From a virus (Duplodnaviria; Caudoviricetes): a stretch of 48,717 nt of DNA. Shown here piece by piece: positions 36,364-45,821 of the stretch. The notes below the pieces were generated by a model, which made no database searches, was not told the DNA's origin, and saw only the letters and a list, made by a program, of their open reading frames with translations. The stretch spans positions 1-48,717 of IMG/VR virus record IMGVR_UViG_3300020718_000016. One strand, written 5' to 3'. The position numbers and the translations under genes are program-made. The number at the start of each line of letters is the position of its first letter. Positions within the stretch are counted from its first letter, which is position 1.

Positions 36364-37066
36364 TTTTTAGTCCTATTTTGTATATTTTAAATGGGAACTG
36401 CTCTTCATTATATATCTTAGTTCTATCCAATAGATGTTTCAAAGTGTAATTCATGTGCTTGCCAACCCGTAGGTCATCTGATATATCATATAGTGTTGCT
36501 ATTTCTTTACCTTCACTTTGTCGTAAGCCTCTTCCAATGCTTTGCAAAGTTCGTATGCTCGATTTAGTCGGCATTGCAAAAATAATGTTATGCAGATTCC
36601 TAATGTTAATTCCAGTAGAAAAAGTCCCAAAACTAGCCACAATAATAGCATTGTTTTCTATCTCCATAATTTTTCTAATATCTTCACGATCCGTGGTGTC
36701 CGTTCCACCATGAACAAAGAATACTTTTCTGTTGCCAATCTTCTCTGTATCCTTTATCATATCATACAGGATTCTACCATGCTTGTCAACCATTTGATAC
36801 AACACTAAAGTATTTTTACCTAAGCTAACTGCAAGATTTTTAACAAATTTATTTCTTGCCTCATGTGAAATTAAGTAACCAATTTCTTCAGCATAAGTCA
36901 TGCCTTTAACTGTTTTAGATTCTTCATCGGTATGTTTTAATACGAGGCATTTAATTTCAAATTTAGCCAACTTATTATCGTCAATCAATTCTTTGGTTGA
37001 GATTACTTTTTTAACTGGACCAAATAAACCTTCTAATACAAGTTTATGCGTTTTAAAATTAGACAT
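36356..37066 (-). CDS. uvsW: UvsW helicase, C-terminal half (RecA2 domain)
   Basis: KTHKLVLEGLFGP, ASFGTFSTGINI, QSIGRGLR. Confidence 0.9.
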   Translation of the reverse strand: MSNFKTHKLVLEGLFGPVKKVISTKELIDDNKLAKFEIKCLVLKHTDEESKTVKGMTYAEEIGYLISHEARNKFVKNLAVSLGKNTLVLYQMVDKHGRILYDMIKDTEKIGNRKVFFVHGGTDTTDREDIRKIMEIENNAIIVASFGTFSTGINIRNLHNIIFAMPTKSSIRTLQSIGRGLRQSEGKEIATLYDISDDLRVGKHMNYTLKHLLDRTKIYNEEQFPFKIYKIGLKNA

Positions 37067-37778
37067 TTGTTTTTCTTTTTAAATGAGATTGACTAATTTT
37101 TGTCTTAGTTTCTTGTGAAAGTCTTTTATTTTTCTTGGATAATCTTCTTTTTTCTTTTAAATCTAAAGCTTTTTTTGTACCATATAACTCCTCATAGGTT
37201 TTTCCTTTAGACCACTTGCCTATTTTTAATTTGGTGTTTTCATTGTGTGAATATCTACCATCATAAATCATTTGTTCAAATGTAATTTCATTGTTTAGAA
37301 ATTTATAAAGCCTTCTTTTTGTTGTTTTTAAACTTATAATTGCTTCTTTTCTGCTACTGTATGATATACCATTTATTGTTATTTCCTTAGCATTTGGATT
37401 GTTATCAGACATTCGTTTTAGTTCTTTCTCTGATAATTTTTTTCCTTTGTGTAATAAACTAGCTGAAAAGGCATGAGCCTTTCTCGCCACTTCATAACCA
37501 ACAGAATTATAATATCTATTGTTGGAATCGTGATATCTCATTAATCCGAAAGCGTGACCCATTTTTATTTTGTTTTTTCCTTCAGTGAATTTCCACAACA
37601 ACCAATGGCAAATAAAATGTTCTCTTGCCGTAAGTAAAACAATATTATTTTTACTATTATTTCCACCTAATGATTTTGGTAATATATGATGTTTTTCATA
37701 ATAAACACCATTAGAAATATTTCTATTTTCCAATATAGATTTTTTTATAATATTATGATATATTTTTTTGTAGTCCAT
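37059..37778 (-). CDS. HNH (MobE/Mob-like) homing endonuclease splitting uvsW
   Basis: YKKIYHNII, EKHHILPKSLGGNNSKNNIVLLTAREHFICHWLL; TATAAATA at 37783-37790. Confidence 0.9.
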   Translation of the reverse strand: MDYKKIYHNIIKKSILENRNISNGVYYEKHHILPKSLGGNNSKNNIVLLTAREHFICHWLLWKFTEGKNKIKMGHAFGLMRYHDSNNRYYNSVGYEVARKAHAFSASLLHKGKKLSEKELKRMSDNNPNAKEITINGISYSSRKEAIISLKTTKRRLYKFLNNEITFEQMIYDGRYSHNENTKLKIGKWSKGKTYEELYGTKKALDLKEKRRLSKKNKRLSQETKTKISQSHLKRKTNV

Positions 37779-37812
37779 AACTTATTTATAAGATTCAGTA
37801 CCTTCAAGTAGA

Positions 37813-38610
37813 TCAATTTGGCAATGTTCCTGTTAATCCTATCCGATATTTGGCATTAATTAAGCTAGTCATAATTGTAGTAAGTGATTGTGCTTTAAAG
37901 TTGTGAGCTTCATCACCAATAACATAATCAAACTGTTCAAAATATTCTTTTGGCATTTTATACAAAGACTGCCATGTGGAGATAGTTAGTGGTTTGTCTG
38001 TGTTCTTATCTTTGCCTTGATAAATTTTGTGTACATATTGTTCCATTGTGCCGTCATTATAATCACCAAAGTCTGATGCCAACTGTTCAACCAAAGAAGT
38101 GGTTGGAACAATAATCAAACCTTTTAAATTTTGATACTGAAATAACTGTCTGAATATAAGATAAATGATGAGTGATTTGCCAGATGCTGTTGGTGATAAT
38201 AACAACGCTCGGCGTTTTTGCATGGCATGAATGTATGCATCTATTTGGTGTTCTCGTACTTCAATAGGTTCACCACGGGAGTGAATATTTAATGATTCTA
38301 TAAATTTTTTGGCATGATATAATGAATATTCATCTTCAACATCTACGCCACCTTCATACTCAAAAGTATATTCTCTTTCTTCACAAAACTGTTCCACATA
38401 ATTTAAGAGACCAAGGTATATTTGAGAAGTATTTAAATGATAAAGATATATTTTACCATTCCACATTCTGTTTCTATATGCCGGAACAAATTGATATCCT
38501 GGAACTAGGAACGAAAAATATTCATGTAGTTCTTTTGCTATAGATTTTTCACAAGTTATCTTAGCATATACTTCATCTTTCTTGGAGATTATTAAATTAC
38601 TGTCCGCCAA
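37813..38610 (-). CDS. uvsW: UvsW helicase, N-terminal half (RecA1 domain)
   Basis: REHQ, SPTASGKS, DEAH, GLTGTL then stop; likely TTG start 38610 (track gives 38637). Confidence 0.9.
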   Translation of the reverse strand: MADSNLIISKKDEVYAKITCEKSIAKELHEYFSFLVPGYQFVPAYRNRMWNGKIYLYHLNTSQIYLGLLNYVEQFCEEREYTFEYEGGVDVEDEYSLYHAKKFIESLNIHSRGEPIEVREHQIDAYIHAMQKRRALLLSPTASGKSLIIYLIFRQLFQYQNLKGLIIVPTTSLVEQLASDFGDYNDGTMEQYVHKIYQGKDKNTDKPLTISTWQSLYKMPKEYFEQFDYVIGDEAHNFKAQSLTTIMTSLINAKYRIGLTGTLPN

Positions 38611-39031
38611 TGAATCTTTCCCATCCAATAAAGTCACGCAATTGAAAAGTTCTAGATTTCAATTCGGACATAATGGACTCTAAAACAGATACCGTTTCTT
38701 CATGGTATACTTTTTTCTCTAATAACTTAATGAGATGGTCGTCAGCTTCTAAGTAGGCATTAATATCAGTCTTTAACACAAACTGAAAAGGTTCCCATCC
38801 GTATTCTGCCAACTCATCTTGGCTTAATCTTCCGGCATAATAATCCAACCGAACCTTACGCATACGAAGATAATCAAAATGTGCTTTCTTTGAAGCAATC
38901 TTGTGTTTGGTAAGAATACTGAGGTATTTGTTATGTAGAGTAGGAATCTTTAACAATTCTTTTCCAGGTTCTGTCTGGTCAATAACTGTATCTTTTTCCC
39001 AATGCTTTAATACTTGTTCTAGATTTTCCAT
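38597..39031 (-). CDS. uvsY: Recombination mediator UvsY
   Basis: WEKDTVID, IPTLHNKY, RTFQLRD; synteny. Confidence 0.9.
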   Translation of the reverse strand: MENLEQVLKHWEKDTVIDQTEPGKELLKIPTLHNKYLSILTKHKIASKKAHFDYLRMRKVRLDYYAGRLSQDELAEYGWEPFQFVLKTDINAYLEADDHLIKLLEKKVYHEETVSVLESIMSELKSRTFQLRDFIGWERFIGGQ

Positions 39032-39063
39032 AATATACTCAAAAATGTAATGCTTAAATCTGT

Positions 39064-39092
39064 ATAATAACACAGACCTTAATAAATGTCAA
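39064..39092 (-). promoter_or_regulatory. Sigma70 early promoter for uvsY-uvsW
   Basis: TTGACA-17nt-TATTAT with extended TG. Confidence 0.7.
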
Positions 39093-39619
39093 GCGGTTTC
39101 AAAATTAAAATAATCAAACATGAATACACCATCGGCGGTAATAATATCATCTGCGGATTGCTTGGTATCAAACATAATATCCGAAAGAGAGATAGGGAAA
39201 CAATTGATATAGTGAACACGAAACAATGGGTTATTCAATGCCGAAAGAACTGTCAAGGTGGCATCAGAATAGGCTTTAGGACCTCTAGTTTTGGTAGGAT
39301 TCTGTTGTGATGATAACCTATTTCTTTCATCCGTGCCTTCTGGAGATGCGATGGAACGGAACCAACCATGTATTTCTTGCCAGTTTTGCATCTTCTCATC
39401 AACAGTAAAAGTCAATGCTAATTGATTATACATCATCTTATTACCAGGTGCATATACATCTACACCGGGAAAATTCAATGGGGCCTGTCCTAGTTGAACC
39501 CCTGGTATATTTACCGCTTGGCAGAAGTATTGAACCGTAGGTATCCTCGCAAAAGTCATTATAAACTTTGTCGGTTGGAGGAGATTGGTATTCTGTGGCT
39601 GTCTGGTTAGTGCTGTCAT
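39089..39619 (-). CDS. 3: Tail tube terminator gp3
   Basis: NLLQPTKF, YFCQAVNIPG, FTVDE..NW.EI, FPISLS. Confidence 0.88.
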   Translation of the reverse strand: MTALTRQPQNTNLLQPTKFIMTFARIPTVQYFCQAVNIPGVQLGQAPLNFPGVDVYAPGNKMMYNQLALTFTVDEKMQNWQEIHGWFRSIASPEGTDERNRLSSQQNPTKTRGPKAYSDATLTVLSALNNPLFRVHYINCFPISLSDIMFDTKQSADDIITADGVFMFDYFNFETA

Positions 39620-39636
39620 ACGGATATTTAGGCCAT

Positions 39637-39665
39637 AAAAAAAGAGACCGCCGAAGCGGTCTCTC
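39637..39665 (-). terminator. Rho-independent terminator after gene 23
   Basis: AGAGACCGC-TTCG-GCGGTCTCT followed by a T run. Confidence 0.9.
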
Positions 39666-39692
39666 TCAAATATCACTCTACGGTGATTTTTA

Positions 39693-41027
39693 TCACATGA
39701 GGTTTTTGACACCAAAAATCCTGTAATAAACGTTGCTGCGTGGTGTCAGAATACCATTGCTTGGGTTTAAACCTTGAGCAAATGGGTTTGCAACCATACC
39801 GTAACGAGTCTTGAAACCAATCTTTGGTTGGAATGTAAATTGGTCTACTGCACGAACCATTTGTAATGGAACGTATGGGCAATAGAACAAACCAGCGTCA
39901 TAAGGAGAAGAACCTTTATAACCAACTGTTACCAACTCTTGGTTAGCAGCATAGCCACCAAAGTATGGGTCAATGTAAACCTTGATACGACCATGTAACA
40001 AACCAGCAAATGTATTGCCAGTATCGTCAACTTGGAGGTCAGCTTGAAGAGCAGGAGTGTAAGAAAGAACACCAGCCATAGCCATTGCAGATGCTACGTC
40101 AGATGAAACAATCAATACGTTACCTTTACCTCTACGAGTTTGCTTGGCAATCACGTTAGCGTCACGCTCGATTTGGAAAATCAAACCTTTGAAACGCTCA
40201 ACAGACCAACGACCATTGGAGTCTGTATCTAAGTCGAAATAACCAGCAGTTGTTGTACCGTATTGAGCACCCAAAACAGCAGAGCTATAAATGGTACGGA
40301 TAACTTCACGGTTGATTTCAGCAAGAATCTCAGTAGACAGAATGTTAGACAATTCTGTTTCTGCATCAAGACCATGAATTGCTTTCAAGTCTTGTGCGAG
40401 TTCTAATGAGTATTCAGCTTTCAAGGCACGGCTTTGTGCAGTTACAGTAACTTTCTCAATAGAGAATGCCATCTGTTGGAACACGTTAGCAGAGTCAGCA
40501 CCCAAATATTCAGCAGAAGCTGTTTGGATACCAATACCAGTTGTGAATGAGTTAGCTGCTTCGTTAGAGATAGCATTGTTAGATGTATCTGTACCGGAGT
40601 TACCAGCAAAACCGTAGTTGTTGAAGCCACCATTTGCAGAGGATTGACCAGAGAAAATTGTGTTTGCTTCGTTGTAGAATGCCTCAGAACCAGTTTGGTT
40701 AGCGTAACGAGCACGCATTGCAAAAATCAAGCCTGTAGGACCAGTCATTGGTTGAACGCCAGCAACATCATAAGCGATGAGGTTAGGCAATGAACGGCGA
40801 ACCAAAGAAATCAAGATTGGGTCGAAGTTCTGAACACCACCAGTAACGTTTGTAGGACCTGTATCGCTGGTCTCCATCAAAGCCTGACGGTCTTTAGCCA
40901 TTGCTTGGTGTTGGTTTTCCAAAACAAGAGCTGTAACAGCTTTCTTGTATGGGTCTTTAATGGCTTCTAATTCTGGATGCTCCAGAACAGGTTGCCATTT
41001 CTTTTGTAGTTCTTCTGTCAAATACAT
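39693..41027 (-). CDS. 23: Major capsid protein gp23
   Basis: GVQPMTGPTGLIFAMR, SRALKAEYSLELAQDLKAIHGLDAE, FQPKIGFKTRYG. Confidence 0.98.
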   Translation of the reverse strand: MYLTEELQKKWQPVLEHPELEAIKDPYKKAVTALVLENQHQAMAKDRQALMETSDTGPTNVTGGVQNFDPILISLVRRSLPNLIAYDVAGVQPMTGPTGLIFAMRARYANQTGSEAFYNEANTIFSGQSSANGGFNNYGFAGNSGTDTSNNAISNEAANSFTTGIGIQTASAEYLGADSANVFQQMAFSIEKVTVTAQSRALKAEYSLELAQDLKAIHGLDAETELSNILSTEILAEINREVIRTIYSSAVLGAQYGTTTAGYFDLDTDSNGRWSVERFKGLIFQIERDANVIAKQTRRGKGNVLIVSSDVASAMAMAGVLSYTPALQADLQVDDTGNTFAGLLHGRIKVYIDPYFGGYAANQELVTVGYKGSSPYDAGLFYCPYVPLQMVRAVDQFTFQPKIGFKTRYGMVANPFAQGLNPSNGILTPRSNVYYRIFGVKNLM

Positions 41028-41059
41028 TTTTATTCCTTTTTTTTATGTATTGGGGTTAA

Positions 41060-42346
41060 TTACTTAACCAAAGTTTGTGAAATGGTTTTTGCATATACTT
41101 CCATTGAAGGATCAGCGAAAACTTGTTTTTTCTCATCTTCAACTAACACTTCTTCAAAAGCAGATGCGTCTGCAACCTTAACATCCGCTTTGAAATATGA
41201 TTCTTTCAAAGTGTCAAGTTTAGTTACAAATTCTTGTTCAGTAGTAAAATCCACACCTTCTGCAAGTGCTTTTAATTTCTCTACTTGAGTCTGCGTCAGG
41301 CCTTCACACGCTGTGTAGATAGCCTCAATTTTTTTCTGTTCGTTCAAATCTTTTGTAAGTTCAATACCTTTGTTGATTTGCTCATTCAAAGCAGCTTCTA
41401 ATTCTTCTACTTTAGCAGCTAATTCTTCAGCAATATCAATTTTCTCAGATGGAACGTCGATGTAGTGTTCAACAAACAAATCACGGAGACCAGCCATGAA
41501 ATCTTCAGCAATTTCAGCACGGAGACCAGACTCAACAGCAATTTGATTATCTTTAATCCATTCTTCTACCATGTAGTTGAGGTAATCGTCAACCTTAGCA
41601 GCCATATCTTCTTTAATTTGTTCTACGGCAACTTCAAATTGTTCCATCAACTCTTGCTCAGATTCGGCAATAACTTCTTCTGCACGAGCAATAACGGCAG
41701 CTTCAAAAATGGTAGATGCTTTGGTGACAAATTCTTCAGAAAGATTTTCGCCAGACAAAAGAGCATCAATATCTTCTTTCATCTTTTCTTTCATTTTGTC
41801 TTGCATCATTTTTTTCTTCATCATTTTTTCTTCTTCCTCTTCGGAAATTACTGTGTCATCGGCTTCTGTTTCTTCGCCATAAGACTGGAATGTAGCGCCT
41901 GGATTCTTTTGCATCATTTGTGGTGCTAATTTACCAGCAATACGGTCACGAATTGCTTCGTATGGTGTTGCATCAGATTTAACTGGATTAGCAATATCGG
42001 AACGACCCATAGAATCTTGTGGACCAGTTGCCTTAGTAGCGCCTACACCATCTTTTTCTGAACCAACAGGAGGAGTAGCACCTGGAGGAGTTGCTGATGG
42101 AACACCTTTAGTGTAATTAGGCAGTTCGTCTGTCAAAGCACGTTCTGGTGATTGGCCAATTTCGCCAGCATCATTAGTACCGTAAGCGGTCTTAGATGCT
42201 AAACGGTCTGCACCAACTTCACCGTGTGGATGTTTATCTGAGCCACGCTGACCTTTTTTGGAAGCGATATTGGCATCAAAAGTTGACTTGGAATCCTCGC
42301 CTAGCAAGATTGACTTAGCGGCATCGGACAGGTTAAAATTTCCCAT
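41060..42346 (-). CDS. 22: Prohead core scaffold gp22
   Basis: LSEEFVTKASTIFEAAV, VDDYLNY, LKESYF. Confidence 0.92.
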   Translation of the reverse strand: MGNFNLSDAAKSILLGEDSKSTFDANIASKKGQRGSDKHPHGEVGADRLASKTAYGTNDAGEIGQSPERALTDELPNYTKGVPSATPPGATPPVGSEKDGVGATKATGPQDSMGRSDIANPVKSDATPYEAIRDRIAGKLAPQMMQKNPGATFQSYGEETEADDTVISEEEEEKMMKKKMMQDKMKEKMKEDIDALLSGENLSEEFVTKASTIFEAAVIARAEEVIAESEQELMEQFEVAVEQIKEDMAAKVDDYLNYMVEEWIKDNQIAVESGLRAEIAEDFMAGLRDLFVEHYIDVPSEKIDIAEELAAKVEELEAALNEQINKGIELTKDLNEQKKIEAIYTACEGLTQTQVEKLKALAEGVDFTTEQEFVTKLDTLKESYFKADVKVADASAFEEVLVEDEKKQVFADPSMEVYAKTISQTLVK

Positions 42347-42374
42347 TTTGAAAATCTCCTTGATTTATATTGGA

Positions 42375-42382
42375 TATTTATA
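42375..42382 (-). promoter_or_regulatory. T4-type late promoter
   Basis: TATAAATA upstream of gene 22. Confidence 0.8.
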
Positions 42383-42383
42383 A

Positions 42384-43028
42384 TTAAAGTTTTTTGACTA
42401 GGTTTTCCCAAATGCGTAGACTTACAGATTCAATATCTTTTCTGGAGGCTTGTTTAATTTGAGCCTTAGCATATGAGATATCTTGTTCTGTCCAAACACC
42501 ATTTATTAATACCCATTCTTTTCCTTCCATAATGCCTTGAACAAACGCTCCAGGCGCAGAAGGATCTGCTACAATATCTGCCGCTGTGGCTAGATAAAAA
42601 TCGTTCTGAACAACATTAACACCGTTAACATTTTTCAATGAACCCATACCTCTAGAAGAAACACCTAATTGGGCGCCACCTTCAATCAATTGACGAGCGA
42701 TTTGACCCATAGGTGTGTCTAGAATTTTTGCTTTACCAATCCATTGTGTACCATCTTCTCTGAGTCCTACGATAAGATGAGATACTCGGTCTAGATTGAT
42801 GGTTGGTGTTTCAGGATGACCTAATTCACCAAAAGCACGGTTTTTATTAATGTATTCTTCTGTATAACGATGAACTTCTTTCTTCATCGTATTGTATTCG
42901 TATAGACGACCGTTCTTGTTTTTCTTTTCAGAAACAAGGAAAGGACCTTCAATAAAGAGTTCTTTTTTGCCGTCTGCGCCTTCGGTAATATAATTTACCG
43001 TTTCTTGAATTTCTTTGATGAGTTTCAT
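42384..43028 (-). CDS. 21: Prohead protease gp21
   Basis: GELGHP, GVSSRGMGS, DIVADPSAP. Confidence 0.96.
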   Translation of the reverse strand: MKLIKEIQETVNYITEGADGKKELFIEGPFLVSEKKNKNGRLYEYNTMKKEVHRYTEEYINKNRAFGELGHPETPTINLDRVSHLIVGLREDGTQWIGKAKILDTPMGQIARQLIEGGAQLGVSSRGMGSLKNVNGVNVVQNDFYLATAADIVADPSAPGAFVQGIMEGKEWVLINGVWTEQDISYAKAQIKQASRKDIESVSLRIWENLVKKL

Positions 43029-43315
43029 ATTCCTAATGCGCCTCTTTTTCTTAAAGATGTTTTTCTTTTTCTAATTGTTTGCTTAATTTTAGCCAACCTT
43101 TTAAATTTACTTCTTTTAGCACTTAACTGTCTATCTCTACGTTCACGATAAGACATACGAACTAATTTTCCACTACGAATTGTCCAACCTGGCTGGTTAG
43201 AAAAAGTTTTGTTTCTTTGTATCTTACCTTTTCTTACACGAACTCTAACAATTCTTTTTCTGCCAATTTTTTGAACTACGCCTTCATTTAGCAGAAACTC
43301 TTTGAAGGTTAACAT
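43025..43315 (-). CDS. Basic prohead core protein, gp68-like
   Basis: MLTFKEFLLNE followed by an Arg/Lys-rich region; immediately upstream of 21. Confidence 0.7.
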   Translation of the reverse strand: MLTFKEFLLNEGVVQKIGRKRIVRVRVRKGKIQRNKTFSNQPGWTIRSGKLVRMSYRERRDRQLSAKRSKFKRLAKIKQTIRKRKTSLRKRGALGI

Positions 43316-43317
43316 TA

Positions 43318-43866
43318 TTACTGCTTAACGCCAGTAATAGCATACGAACCATAGTTAAATGCAGCAGGATCATTAAACTGACCACGTTGATAATGTGCGT
43401 TGTCTTTTCTTAACGATACAATTAAAGTATATGCTGTATTTGCAGTTACGCCGTAAGTATTAATTCCTAAATTTCCATTTGGATTGATAGCGTTATTTGG
43501 AATAGCAGGATTTTGTTGGCTACCAAATTCACCGTTACCGTTCAAATAGAAGATAGTTGCATTGTTTGATGTGGTGTTACCTGCCCAAAATAATTCAACG
43601 GAACCAGGAGGAGTTGAAGTTCCCATACTTACGTAGTATTGTGCTCCAGTTACTTGTAAATTATAATAAGGTAACGCAGTATTGCTAACACTTAAAGAAC
43701 TTCTTAATGGCACACTATTTGCATCCAAAGCACCATACAAAGTATTTGCTTGAATACGAGCATTGTTTGCTTCATTTCCTGAAGTACCATCAAACTGACC
43801 TGTTAATTTAATAATAGCGTCTGTTGTTGTATCTCTCAATACTTGATATGTAAATTTGTTTGCCAT
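43318..43866 (-). CDS. Putative virion structural protein
   Basis: Asn/Thr/Gly-rich, in the head module, CATAAATA at 43892-43899. Confidence 0.6.
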   Translation of the reverse strand: MANKFTYQVLRDTTTDAIIKLTGQFDGTSGNEANNARIQANTLYGALDANSVPLRSSLSVSNTALPYYNLQVTGAQYYVSMGTSTPPGSVELFWAGNTTSNNATIFYLNGNGEFGSQQNPAIPNNAINPNGNLGINTYGVTANTAYTLIVSLRKDNAHYQRGQFNDPAAFNYGSYAITGVKQ

Positions 43867-43903
43867 CTTTTATCCTGTGTTTATAGTTACATATTTATGT
43901 AAG

Positions 43904-44119
43904 TTATTCTTGGCCAGAATCTTCCGAAGCTTGTTGTTCTTCTTGTTCTTCTTGTGTTTCTTCATCAGCCAACATATTTTGAGCCATGTTTTGTTTGGCC
44001 AACTCAAAATGAGCTGATACTTTTGCATGAATATTGTCATACAAAGCGTTACGAAATTCTACACCATTATCATCCATGGCGTAATCAATAATATTGCGAG
44101 TTGAGTAATCCGGCATCAT
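43904..44119 (-). CDS. Acidic prohead core protein, gp67-like
   Basis: Downstream of the portal gene; GGAGA RBS; TATAAATA at 44140-44147. Confidence 0.65.
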   Translation of the reverse strand: MMPDYSTRNIIDYAMDDNGVEFRNALYDNIHAKVSAHFELAKQNMAQNMLADEETQEEQEEQQASEDSGQE

Positions 44120-44153
44120 TTTCTCCTAAAGTATTCAAATATTTATAATAAAT

Positions 44154-45758
44154 CTATTCATCTGCTTCATCTTCTTCATCACCAGCTGGACCTTCAGGTT
44201 GTTTTGGTACATTAGACATCATCATCTGTTGTGCCACTTCATTACCTACACCAACTGGTAAACCAAGACCCATTTCTTTTTCTTCATCAATTTCAGATTG
44301 CATTTCTTTGATTTGGTCATCGGTCAAGCGTAAAACTTGACGCTGAATCCAAGCTTGAGAAAAATAACGACCTGTATAAGGATCAACCTGACTTAACAAT
44401 CCAAGGCGTTCCTTCATTAATTCCGCATCTTTTAATTCAGTAAAGTTATTATCTTTAATAAAGTCATAATAGATATGTTCTTTGAATTCGTTCCATTCTT
44501 CATTGGTACAAATACCTTTGAGGACACATTGAACTCTCAATGCTTGGTCAAATAACTCAGCAAACTTATTACGTAAACGGTCAACAAATTTAGCAAACTT
44601 TAATTCGTCACGGGTAATCTCATTGGTACGACCAAGAGTAAAACCTGCCGATTCTGGATTTAAACGAGAAACTGGCACATTCAAGGCCTTGTATAGTTTC
44701 TTTTCAAAATACTTAACATCTTCTAACTCTCCAAGGTTTTGACCACCAGGTAATGTAGAAATCTCGGTACCTTTTCCACCTTCACGGCGTGGCAACCAAA
44801 AATCTTCCATCATAGACAAGAATTTACGGTCATCACGAACTTCACCTGTGTTGGCATCGTATACAAGTTTGTTCTTGTACTTTACCATAATATCACGGAG
44901 GTATTGTTCTGCCTTTAATTTAGGTAGATTACCCACATCAATGTAAAAAATACGGCGCTCAGGGGCACGGCTAATACGATAGATGACAGTAGCATCTTCA
45001 ATCATCCTTAACTGGTTGAGTGGTTTTATAGCCTTATGAAGATAAGACAATACGACAGCTCTACGAGAATCCATAAGACCAGACACAACGGAAATAATAG
45101 AATCTGTGGTAATACGAACACCAACTGGTCCAAAATTAGATGAAGAACCAGTAGTAACCTTATCATTGAAAATATAATATTCGTTAACAACGTTCATTAC
45201 CTCCACACCAGTGCGTTCATCTTTTTTCTTTTTCATTTCACGCACTTTACGAAGTTTGCGTGGATCAATATAACGAAGTTCTTTAATGCCTTGAGTAGGA
45301 TTTTCACGGTCAATAATGATGTGGTAATACATCTTACCATCAACATAGTATCTACGGAAAATATCTTGTGCCATGTTGTTGTAATTCAGCATACGAAGAA
45401 TCGTAGAGAATTCGTCTTTAATGGCTTTTTTGATTTTTTCTGGTTGCTTTAAATCATCCAGAACAATTTGAATAATTTTGCCATCGTCATCTTGGCAAAT
45501 AGCTTCACCAACGATATCGTCAATCGCTGATTCAATTTCTGGCTGCATAGCCATTTCACGGTAACGAGAGATAAGTTCTACTTCATTTTTGGCAGTACCG
45601 TCTAAGTCAACATATGTTCCATAATATGCTGCTGAGGTAATCGTTAAAGCGCCATCGTCATTTGATGGAGGCGAAAAAGATTGTTGCACAGCTTGGTCAT
45701 CATTGGCCTGCTTCCGTGCAATTGTAAAACCAAAAAGAGAGAATTTATTAGCTGCCAT
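44154..45758 (-). CDS. 20: Portal protein gp20
   Basis: YRISRAPERRIFYIDVGNLP, EDFWLPRREGGKGTEI. Confidence 0.97.
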   Translation of the reverse strand: MAANKFSLFGFTIARKQANDDQAVQQSFSPPSNDDGALTITSAAYYGTYVDLDGTAKNEVELISRYREMAMQPEIESAIDDIVGEAICQDDDGKIIQIVLDDLKQPEKIKKAIKDEFSTILRMLNYNNMAQDIFRRYYVDGKMYYHIIIDRENPTQGIKELRYIDPRKLRKVREMKKKKDERTGVEVMNVVNEYYIFNDKVTTGSSSNFGPVGVRITTDSIISVVSGLMDSRRAVVLSYLHKAIKPLNQLRMIEDATVIYRISRAPERRIFYIDVGNLPKLKAEQYLRDIMVKYKNKLVYDANTGEVRDDRKFLSMMEDFWLPRREGGKGTEISTLPGGQNLGELEDVKYFEKKLYKALNVPVSRLNPESAGFTLGRTNEITRDELKFAKFVDRLRNKFAELFDQALRVQCVLKGICTNEEWNEFKEHIYYDFIKDNNFTELKDAELMKERLGLLSQVDPYTGRYFSQAWIQRQVLRLTDDQIKEMQSEIDEEKEMGLGLPVGVGNEVAQQMMMSNVPKQPEGPAGDEEDEADE

Positions 45759-45777
45759 ATTGTGTTATATCCAATTC

Positions 45778-45810
45778 AAAAAAACATAATGAGAGGACCA
45801 AAGTCCTCTC
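45778..45810 (-). terminator. Probable terminator after gene 19
   Basis: GAGAGGAC-TTTG-GTCCTCTC followed by ATTATGTTTTTTT. Confidence 0.65.
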
Positions 45811-45821
45811 TAATAAAATAA

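Noticed and set aside
37059-37812. Group I intron or intein in uvsW
   Set aside because: No room for P3-P9 core sequence around the HNH ORF; in-frame stop present and no intein termini
41465-41929. Plus-strand 154 aa ORF and similar short antisense or alternate-frame ORFs in core genes
   Set aside because: Phe-rich mirror of Glu/Lys codons in gene 22; no RBS or recognisable motifs
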